DNA from: a virus
Taxonomy: Duplodnaviria; Caudoviricetes
Direction: 5' to 3' (one strand)
Length of the DNA: 64,000 nt
Virus record (IMG/VR): IMGVR_UViG_3300032007_000078
Location: 4,118-68,117 of that record
In this document: positions 57,306 to 64,000 of the stretch, piece after piece
Layout: the number at the start of each line of letters is the position of its first letter
Position numbering within the stretch: the stretch's first letter is position 1
Notes under the pieces: model-generated
The model's database searches: none
The model's input: the letters and a program-made list of their open reading frames with translations, nothing else
Told to the model about the DNA's origin: nothing
Translations under genes and position numbers: made by a program

Positions 57306-58808
57306 CTAATACACTCGGGTTAGTCCTAATTTTTCTTGGACTGTTTCGATTCGTTTGATAGTCCAATTATTCGGGTTCTCTAAGATCTTCTCTCCGTCAC
57401 GCATACACCAGAACAATTTTGCTAGTGCTCTTTCGCATGCTTCAGAACGGTTTGCTTCGATACTATAGATATTGTCTGCCTCCGATATTTCCGACGCTAC
57501 TTTAACTGAGAGGTCGGGAAATCTGGATTGTATCTCCGAGAGTGTCATGTGTAAGCGAATAAAGATAGTTTCGGTTATTTTGGACGCCTCATATTTAAAG
57601 TAGAGATCGCCGAGCATAACCTCCGAGCCGATAACTATACCTTCTCGTTCGACTTTCCAGATTCCTCTAAATTGTTTCTCGCCGATCTCTCCTATAAGTT
57701 GTTTAAGTTCGGCGATTCCAAGTTCTGTGAATCTATGTCTCTTTATTCCGTTTTGTATATCGATGTAGCTAAAATACGTACCTCTTTTTGTTTGTCCGGC
57801 TCGATATATTTCCTCGGCCAACAACGCTTTACTCCATCTTGTCTTAGTATTTTCGTAATAAGACGTAGGAGTATCGATTTTGGTGTATGTATTTTTTCCT
57901 ACTACCGGAGATGTCACTATAATTCTGCTTTTTGGTTTTGGCAGGTCTGGTTGTGATTTCTCCAGTACAATTTTCGGTTCCTTCTCTTCCTTTGGTTCTT
58001 CCGGTTTTGGTTTCGGTTTTTCTGCCTCTACCTTTTTCTTAAGTTCCGGATTTTCGATAAGAGAGAAAACGTCGCTAATTTTTGAGTCCAGTATTCCCAG
58101 ATCGCCCTTGAAGGTTACTGTTTTCTTTAGTACCACTTCAATCGGGTCTTTCATATCCAGGAACTGTGTACAAACTGCATTAGCTTCTTGATATATAGTA
58201 TACTGAGTTCCGCCGCAAGCTCTCTGATTTTTCCAGCCATTCTTTTTCTTGATTTCCATTATAAGTTTGGCTTCACATTTTCCAGAGTGTTCTTTCAGTG
58301 CTCCCAGTAAGTAATAAGTCTTCAAGAGAGCCTCATCATCTGGGAAGCTCTTCTTTTTCTTGATTTTGATGGATGTTCCTGTTTCCTCTGGTCGTACTTC
58401 TTCAGGGATATAGTATTTCTCGTAATCCTTTTTCTTTGGTACTTCCGGTTTAGGTTCCATCTTTTTTCCTGTCTTCGCGTAATAAACGATCTCTTCCACC
58501 GTTACATTTGGTTTTTTGGTATAGAATCGATCTTTCCCCGCAAATCTAATGTTAACAAAATCTCGTACTCTTTTCTCGAAGCTCTTGAGGAGTAATCCAA
58601 AAGACACTTCGTTAGTTTTGTACTGTTTTGCACCTTTCAATCCTGCCACGGAATTTACGGTTTTCACCAACATGACGGGATTAATTTCCTTAGTCCAATC
58701 CAGCGTTTCGACTAGTTTCGTAAAGTCGACTTGCTCTTCCGGGTTGAACGTAATTTCTTTTCTCTTGTCCATTTTTGTTTTGTTTTTTTTATCGTTAAAA
58801 TACTTCAT
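57306..58808 (-). CDS. hypothetical protein (about 500 aa; alternative start 58772); ends in TAG
   Basis: Long Lys/Glu-rich ORF with no internal TAG; PKPEEPKEEKEPK linker; TAA lies 5 codons after the TAG. Confidence 0.8.
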   Translation of the reverse strand: MKYFNDKKNKTKMDKRKEITFNPEEQVDFTKLVETLDWTKEINPVMLVKTVNSVAGLKGAKQYKTNEVSFGLLLKSFEKRVRDFVNIRFAGKDRFYTKKPNVTVEEIVYYAKTGKKMEPKPEVPKKKDYEKYYIPEEVRPEETGTSIKIKKKKSFPDDEALLKTYYLLGALKEHSGKCEAKLIMEIKKKNGWKNQRACGGTQYTIYQEANAVCTQFLDMKDPIEVVLKKTVTFKGDLGILDSKISDVFSLIENPELKKKVEAEKPKPKPEEPKEEKEPKIVLEKSQPDLPKPKSRIIVTSPVVGKNTYTKIDTPTSYYENTKTRWSKALLAEEIYRAGQTKRGTYFSYIDIQNGIKRHRFTELGIAELKQLIGEIGEKQFRGIWKVEREGIVIGSEVMLGDLYFKYEASKITETIFIRLHMTLSEIQSRFPDLSVKVASEISEADNIYSIEANRSEACERALAKLFWCMRDGEKILENPNNWTIKRIETVQEKLGLTRVY

Positions 58809-59181
58809 GTTTCTTGACTATCAGATTACAAGCTTTCGGTAGCTCTGGGTAATCTGAAAAATCACGTAAAGCTTTCTTGTCAAGGCCTTCAACGAAAATA
58901 GAGAATATAGTATCTCCTCGTGTTGCCTTGAATTCATCTTTTCTTTCCCCGGTGATACCCATTTTCTTTAAGGTACCCCGAAGCGCATTGTTTTTGATTG
59001 AGTTATAGAGATTTCCTGCTCCCCTTAACTCCTCGATGCTAGAATCGCTAGACTCTATAGTATATCGGTCAAGTTGGCTCGATATCATAGACTCCATAAA
59101 TTTAGCTACGATAAAAAATCTCTTTTCTTCCATTTTTTCATTAGGTTTTTGTTCATAATTTTCCTGAGACTGCTTTCCCAA
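58795..59181 (-). CDS. hypothetical protein (start uncertain)
   Basis: ORF in a co-oriented cluster. Confidence 0.65.
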   Translation of the reverse strand: MGKQSQENYEQKPNEKMEEKRFFIVAKFMESMISSQLDRYTIESSDSSIEELRGAGNLYNSIKNNALRGTLKKMGITGERKDEFKATRGDTIFSIFVEGLDKKALRDFSDYPELPKACNLIVKKHEVF

Positions 59182-59425
59182 GTTGATAGCTAAGGTTTTC
59201 GTTATCTCGTCCCAGTTTCTTTAATTGTTTCTCATATGCACGAACCTGTCCTAGCAAGAACGATTCGTCATCTAGTACGCGCCCTAATTCATTGTCTATG
59301 GCGCAAGCTCTGTGATGCTGCTGGAGTCCATAAATAAGACTACCAATTGCTGCAGCACCCAATCCAATTTCCAGGGCATGTCGTTTAAGCCATCCCCATT
59401 TACTTTTGTTCTCTTTTTGTTCCAT
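59153..59425 (-). CDS. small protein with an N-terminal TM segment and coiled coil
   Basis: ALEIGLGAAAIGSLIYGL followed by a heptad-like region. Confidence 0.7.
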   Translation of the reverse strand: MEQKENKSKWGWLKRHALEIGLGAAAIGSLIYGLQQHHRACAIDNELGRVLDDESFLLGQVRAYEKQLKKLGRDNENLSYQLGKAVSGKL

Positions 59426-59623
59426 AATTTATTTTTTCATATTTGTTAATGTTATTAAAAATTTTGTTTCGAATCAAAGTCCAGGTCGTAAACTTTAGTT
59501 ACAGTTAGCGACTAAGCTGTTTCGTCTATATATTAAGACTCATCAGGATAGGTTTTATTAATTTCCTATCTACAGCTGGAAAATTAAAGGGAAAGTTCTT
59601 AATTTCTTTCCCAATAATTTCTT

Positions 59624-59818
59624 CTAAAATTTGTAACCCATCCCTTCTCTGAGAAAGGTTTTAATGTCTTTCCAATTGTTTGAGACCATCTGAATGATCC
59701 ACACAACAAATACTGCCAGGCTAAACCATTTACAATTTCCACCTAACATACCACTCATGCCAATTGTAAGCATGAAAAACATCACTAAAAATGTGATGAA
59801 AAATACATCTTTTTTCAT
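59624..59818 (-). CDS. small two-TM membrane protein
   Basis: Two hydrophobic segments; A-rich leader. Confidence 0.65.
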   Translation of the reverse strand: MKKDVFFITFLVMFFMLTIGMSGMLGGNCKWFSLAVFVVWIIQMVSNNWKDIKTFLREGMGYKF

Positions 59819-59858
59819 ATTGTTATTGTTTTTGTTATTCTATGTCGGGAGGAGTTGG

Positions 59859-60041
59859 TTAGATCTCCTCCAATTTATATTTAATTTGCATAGCCGCTGC
59901 CAAAGGGGCCACACAAATTGTTAAACACACGGCGATCAATCTCACTAAGAAATTCTCACCATTACTAATCACTAATGTTACTAAGATCTCCTTCAGTATA
60001 AGTGCTACCGAGAAAATCCATATTGAAATAATTAGTTCCAT
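59859..60041 (-). CDS. small two-TM membrane protein (MELII paralogue A)
   Basis: Hydrophobic; A-rich leader. Confidence 0.65.
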   Translation of the reverse strand: MELIISIWIFSVALILKEILVTLVISNGENFLVRLIAVCLTICVAPLAAAMQIKYKLEEI

Positions 60042-60100
60042 AATTTGTCCGTTATTTGTTTGTTATTGTTCTCTAAAGTTTTGGTTTATGGGTACTAGGA

Positions 60101-60253
60101 TTAACCGTTCCCCATTTTATTGAGTAACCTTATATAGTTTTGATACTCTTTCCTGTTTTCCTCCGTCTCATTTCGGGTAGGATAAATTTCTAGGAGTATC
60201 GACTTAATTTCGGCTCTACTCAATTTTTTCTTTCTTCTTCTAAATATTGTCAT
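60101..60253 (-). CDS. small basic protein (MTIFRRRKKKLS...)
   Basis: Internal ATG of track ORF 60101-60337. Confidence 0.5.
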   Translation of the reverse strand: MTIFRRRKKKLSRAEIKSILLEIYPTRNETEENRKEYQNYIRLLNKMGNG

Positions 60254-60281
60254 TATCTTATAAAATTTTGTGTCGAGAGTC

Positions 60282-60488
60282 CTATGGTTTTGAGGACTCT
60301 TCTTGTTTCTTCTGTTCTTCTCTAATTTTGAAGTCAAGGTAATTTATCTTCCTCCTGAGCTCCAAGATAATTTCCTGTCCCTCCTGATTGTGTTCCAGGT
60401 TATCTTTATTTGAGCTGATGAAGTCAATAATTCTCTTGTAGAATTCTTTGTTTTCTTTGTAAACTGCTTCTGAATACAACTTTGCCAT
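60282..60488 (-). CDS. small helical protein; ends in TAG
   Basis: A-rich leader; 68 aa. Confidence 0.65.
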   Translation of the reverse strand: MAKLYSEAVYKENKEFYKRIIDFISSNKDNLEHNQEGQEIILELRRKINYLDFKIREEQKKQEESSKP

Positions 60489-60540
60489 AATTCATTCCTT
60501 TCTTTTTTGTTTGTTAATACTTTTTATGTCGCCAGGGAGT

Positions 60541-60753
60541 TTATGTTGCTTCTCCCCTAATGGTTTCCTTAAATGCTCCGTACAAGAAAAGTATCGGAGA
60601 CAGGAGTACTATTACTGTCGATATAAAGACCGTCAGTATATAATTCAAGTAACTCTGGCGATATCCCTTTCTGAACATCACCGTAAACTCTGGGTGTACT
60701 ATCAATGTTATCAGGACTAGCAACACCCACACTAATGTAATTATAAGTTCCAT
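60541..60753 (-). CDS. small two-TM membrane protein (MELII paralogue B)
   Basis: Hydrophobic; A-rich leader AAAACAAAAATAAACAAACT. Confidence 0.65.
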   Translation of the reverse strand: MELIITLVWVLLVLITLIVHPEFTVMFRKGYRQSYLNYILTVFISTVIVLLSPILFLYGAFKETIRGEAT

Positions 60754-60798
60754 AGTTTGTTTATTTTTGTTTTGAAGGGAAGTTATAATTCAGCTTCC

Positions 60799-60951
60799 CT
60801 ACTTGGTTTGTTGGTCTCTGTTCTTATTTACAAAAATCTCCACCATATCTTTAGTGAAGTCAAGAAACAGAAACAATGTCATAAAACTTACTATCGGATG
60901 ATCCTCTATGAATTTTCCGATTGCGCTTTGTTTTTGTGATTTCTCTTCCAT
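60799..60951 (-). CDS. 50-aa protein with one hydrophobic segment; ends in TAG (absent from the ORF track)
   Basis: MEEKSQKQSAIGKFIEDHPIVSFMTLFLFLDFTKDMVEIFVNKNRDQQTK; a GGGAAG/CTTCCC hairpin follows at the stop. Confidence 0.55.
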   Translation of the reverse strand: MEEKSQKQSAIGKFIEDHPIVSFMTLFLFLDFTKDMVEIFVNKNRDQQTK

Positions 60952-61061
60952 ATCTATAAAAATTAGTTGTGTCTTAAAGTTTAAATTTTTGGTATTTTAC
61001 CTATGGTTTCTCTCCTTAGGATTTTTATATGATAGGTCGTTAGATTTCGGTCCGGCATTCT

Positions 61062-61295
61062 TCACACCTTCCCTAGGACCTCACGGATTCTGCCTGTATG
61101 CTTCCTCGTTCCTATCATGCATCCCTTTGTCAGGTCTTGTAATACAGTACTAGACTTAACTCTGGTTCGTCCTGATATCAAGACTACATGCTTTGTCAGA
61201 TCTCTATAGTTACTCTTCTGCAGGGTAACATCAATCTGCAGGTCTGAGACGTTTTCGATCTCAGAATTCTTATATTTCAATTTATTTTTATACAA
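61062..61295 (-). CDS. hypothetical protein
   Basis: TTG-start ORF in the cluster orientation; no motif. Confidence 0.35.
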   Translation of the reverse strand: MYKNKLKYKNSEIENVSDLQIDVTLQKSNYRDLTKHVVLISGRTRVKSSTVLQDLTKGCMIGTRKHTGRIREVLGKV

Positions 61296-61646
61296 TTTCC
61301 TTTTTGTTTCTTATAAACATAAAATTGTATCTCATTTTGTGTCAAACCATTTTTACTTTCCGCTCCCAGCCTATAATTAGTGACATCGCTGGCTGAATTA
61401 ACAACACTTCAGCAATTTATGAGTTTCACTATCCACCCATAAATTTCTCTAATCCTATATCATTTTAAAGTCGCCGGGACGACTATCGGTAACATTACTT
61501 CCGATACTTCGGTAATACACTTCCAATATAGCACCTCCTCGAAATGTATTACTTAAGTCAGGTTCCTATAAGGTTCCTGACATGTTGAAAAAATCAAACT
61601 CCCAAAGAATATTTCATCTTTAGGAGTTGTTATTTTTATCTCATAT

Positions 61647-61659
61647 ATAAGGATTTCAG
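61647..61659 (-). promoter_or_regulatory. candidate promoter motif CTGAAATCCTTAT (minus strand)
   Basis: Points into the minus-strand cluster; followed by the hairpin at 61597-61628. Confidence 0.5.
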
Positions 61660-61934
61660 CCTTCCAGAGACGGTGTAAATTTTTGCGCTTCTCTTTACTT
61701 CACACACCTTAGGATTTCCGAATTTAGTTTCTGAGAGCAAGGGAAATAAAAATAAAATTAGGTGTTTCACAAGATTTATATTTTTAGATTTTAGCTCTCA
61801 GATTTTCAAATTCGTCTTACCTCTCGTTTTTCTTCTTAAGTTCGTGTCTTTAAATTTATGCGAAGCCCTAATTTATATTCCGAACTTATTTTTATCTACG
61901 AGAGGGGAAGAATGGTGTGTAGAAGTCTGAAGCG

Positions 61935-61945
61935 CTATTCCTTAT
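61935..61945 (+). promoter_or_regulatory. candidate promoter motif CTATTCCTTAT
   Basis: 4 nt upstream of GTG 61950. Confidence 0.45.
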
Positions 61946-61949
61946 AAGT

Positions 61950-62291
61950 GTGAAAGTGTATGATGTAAAGTGGATAGATCCCGGAAAAGGAATATTTAAG
62001 ATACGATACGCCTTAGGAAAAAGAAGATCGGTATACTATAAGATTCTACACGATGATATGATAAATGGGTGTGACAAGTGTATGACAAAGAATGGTACCA
62101 GGAAGATAAGACCGGAGCGATGGAAACTCTTAGGGAAAGGAAAGGGACCTAATTTTTGTGATGTGTGTAATGGGTTTGGTAGGTGTCCGGAAGTTCAAGA
62201 GTTTATAAAGAAAAACAACCTTGACTCTTATTCCATGACTTACCCGATATTTGATAAAACATATGTACGAACTTTTTTACTTGGATGGTAA
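61950..62291 (+). CDS. small Cys-rich protein, paralogue 1
   Basis: KWIDPGKGIFKI; CDKC and CDVC...C. Confidence 0.7.
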   Translation: MKVYDVKWIDPGKGIFKIRYALGKRRSVYYKILHDDMINGCDKCMTKNGTRKIRPERWKLLGKGKGPNFCDVCNGFGRCPEVQEFIKKNNLDSYSMTYPIFDKTYVRTFLLGW

Positions 62292-62644
62292 CCGGAATTG
62301 AATGGGTAGATCAAGAGGAAAGAATATTTAAAGTCCTCCTCGGCAATCATAAGAAAAAGCCACTCGAGTTATGGTTTAAAGATTTGTTCCTGGCCGGAGA
62401 AGAACTGGAAGATTTTTATTGTCGAGATTATTGTTGTTTCTATAATAAATGCTGTATCGAGGAAATAGATTTTAAAACTTATAGGATCTTATATAATTAT
62501 ACTCTTAGTGAATTTTGCATAAACCTAGATGATATTGTAGAGACCGTAAAGAAATTTTTTGAAGAGAACTCGATAGATAGGCGATGTATCTATATGGTTC
62601 CGAAAGGTTATGGCAGAGATAGCGAGAATAGAAATAGTAAGTAA
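62285..62644 (+). CDS. small Cys-rich protein, paralogue 2
   Basis: EWVDQEERIFKV...LELWFK...CRDYCCFYNKCC. Confidence 0.75.
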   Translation: MVTGIEWVDQEERIFKVLLGNHKKKPLELWFKDLFLAGEELEDFYCRDYCCFYNKCCIEEIDFKTYRILYNYTLSEFCINLDDIVETVKKFFEENSIDRRCIYMVPKGYGRDSENRNSK

Positions 62645-62930
62645 GGAAGATAAGATTTTTCGGATTTGTTTTAAGAGTAGGAAAAGAAAATCTCTCGAAC
62701 TCTACTATAAATATGCCGATAAAGCATTAGATATGGGGTGTGAAAAATACTGTATACTTTGGAACTTATGTAACTCAGAGAAACAGATTAGCTTAGTTTC
62801 TTGTGATCTCGAGAATTTTTGTTGTGTAAGACTTCAGTATATGAAAGAGATTGATGATGTACTTAAGGAACTAGGAAAACCAGGAGATGGATTAGGTGGA
62901 TTTTATATAGCCGAAATAAAAAGAAGATAG
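62610..62930 (+). CDS. small Cys-rich protein, paralogue 3; ends in TAG
   Basis: EIVSKEDKIFRI...LELYYK...CEKYCILWNLC; the TAG lies inside the terminator stem 62922-62949. Confidence 0.75.
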   Translation: MAEIARIEIVSKEDKIFRICFKSRKRKSLELYYKYADKALDMGCEKYCILWNLCNSEKQISLVSCDLENFCCVRLQYMKEIDDVLKELGKPGDGLGGFYIAEIKRR

Positions 62931-62959
62931 AACTTAATGTCTATCTTCTATTTTTTTAT

Positions 62960-63970
62960 TTAACACCATACATCTTGATCATAATATCCCTTTTCTATTG
63001 CACCTATATAAAAGAATAAATCATCTTGACTCATTGGTGTAAAATTATTGCAATCAACTCCAACATCAACACCCTTCCAAGACTTTACTTTCTGACGTCC
63101 ATGAATATGTCCGAAAGCAACTGGAATTATGTCGTCTGGTGTTGATTTCTTTTTCTGAATTTCCAAGGCTTTTGTAGGTTCATGTGCCATAATAAGTCTT
63201 GGTTTTTTATTATCTTTGAGTACTAGAGATTCTCCATCCCCATAAATAGTTACGCCAGGTGGAATTTCTGATTTTCCATCACGTTCGTAGTTTCCTTTTA
63301 TGAAGACAATATTTCCATTCAGATAATCGATTGGCCAAGATTCTCCGAAATCTCCAAGATGATAAACAGTATCCTCCGGTCCCACCACAGAATTCCATCT
63401 ATCAATCATCGTCCAGTCCATTTCTTCGACTGTCTTAAATGGTCGCTTACTTAATTCTCTAGCTCTATCTTGCGAGAAATGTGTATCAGAAGTAAAGAAG
63501 TTTTTAGCCTCTTTTTTCTTCTCAACAAGTTCTTTAATTTTCTTAATACAGTCATCTAGGTTATTATAAACTTCACCTGCACCATATTCATTCATCTTAT
63601 TAATGAAATACTGTCTACCATTATAGTTATCATATATACCAACTACGATAGGTTTATTTTGGCGACCTAAGTTTTCACCAAATTCAATACGTGTTGTTTG
63701 TGCATAACCTCTACCTGGAATGTCTTTTTCAGGTTCCGGAATCCAGAATAGAATAATATCTGCAATTCTCAATCCAACTGTTTCCCATGTAGTTTGTTGA
63801 TCATAGTCGAAGTTATCATAAGAATTTCGTCTAGGTGATATCCAAGTAACTCCGTCTATGTCTGGCATATTATATTGCCAAGATGGTGCTCCCTGAATAG
63901 GTCCTGCACAGAAAACTTTAATTTGATGATTAAGTCCTTTTAAAGACTCTGGACATTTAATTGTACTCAT
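62960..63970 (-). CDS. nucleoside 2-deoxyribosyltransferase-like domain fused to a calcineurin-like metallophosphoesterase
   Basis: N-terminus VFCAGPIQGAPSWQ...WETVGLRIADIILFWIP...TTRIEFG; C-terminus SDTHF, HLGDF, GNYE, HEP, GHIHG. Confidence 0.8.
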   Translation of the reverse strand: MSTIKCPESLKGLNHQIKVFCAGPIQGAPSWQYNMPDIDGVTWISPRRNSYDNFDYDQQTTWETVGLRIADIILFWIPEPEKDIPGRGYAQTTRIEFGENLGRQNKPIVVGIYDNYNGRQYFINKMNEYGAGEVYNNLDDCIKKIKELVEKKKEAKNFFTSDTHFSQDRARELSKRPFKTVEEMDWTMIDRWNSVVGPEDTVYHLGDFGESWPIDYLNGNIVFIKGNYERDGKSEIPPGVTIYGDGESLVLKDNKKPRLIMAHEPTKALEIQKKKSTPDDIIPVAFGHIHGRQKVKSWKGVDVGVDCNNFTPMSQDDLFFYIGAIEKGYYDQDVWC

Positions 63971-64000
63971 AATTTAAATATTATTTTTAATTTCTTTTAT

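Noticed and set aside
1-64000. Suppressor tRNA-CUA, release factor or tRNA synthetase gene
   Set aside because: No cloverleaf or T-loop signature or matching protein was recognised by eye; probably elsewhere in the genome, and tRNAscan-SE/ARAGORN would be needed to exclude it.

Overview
64 kb of a large, AT-rich myovirus-type (contractile tail, T4-like module order) phage genome, most likely infecting Bacteroidota. The supplied standard-code ORF track is misleading: from about 0.8 to 51.1 kb the genes are broken by dozens of in-frame TAG codons, and reading TAG as Gln (genetic code 15) joins them into long, abutting, TAA/TGA-terminated ORFs. These encode neck, sheath, tube, tail chaperones, tape measure, baseplate, a holin-like protein and tail fibres. 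The fibre block ends in a complete diversity-generating retroelement (DGR): a C-type-lectin-fold target with VR 48159-48342, a MutS-like accessory gene, TR 49163-49346 and an RT. The TR/VR pair, the accessory gene and the RT all depend on the recoded TAG. From about 51.4 kb the small accessory genes have no internal TAG and four of them end in TAG, which suggests the code differs between gene classes. Two TAG-free SF2-helicase-like paralogues (one wedged into the baseplate operon) and a TAG-containing GIY-YIG-type nuclease share a C-terminal domain, and the helicase-like genes sit next to heavily structured non-coding DNA. No tRNA, rRNA or CRISPR array was recognised. All protein calls come from motifs read by eye plus gene order, with no database searches.
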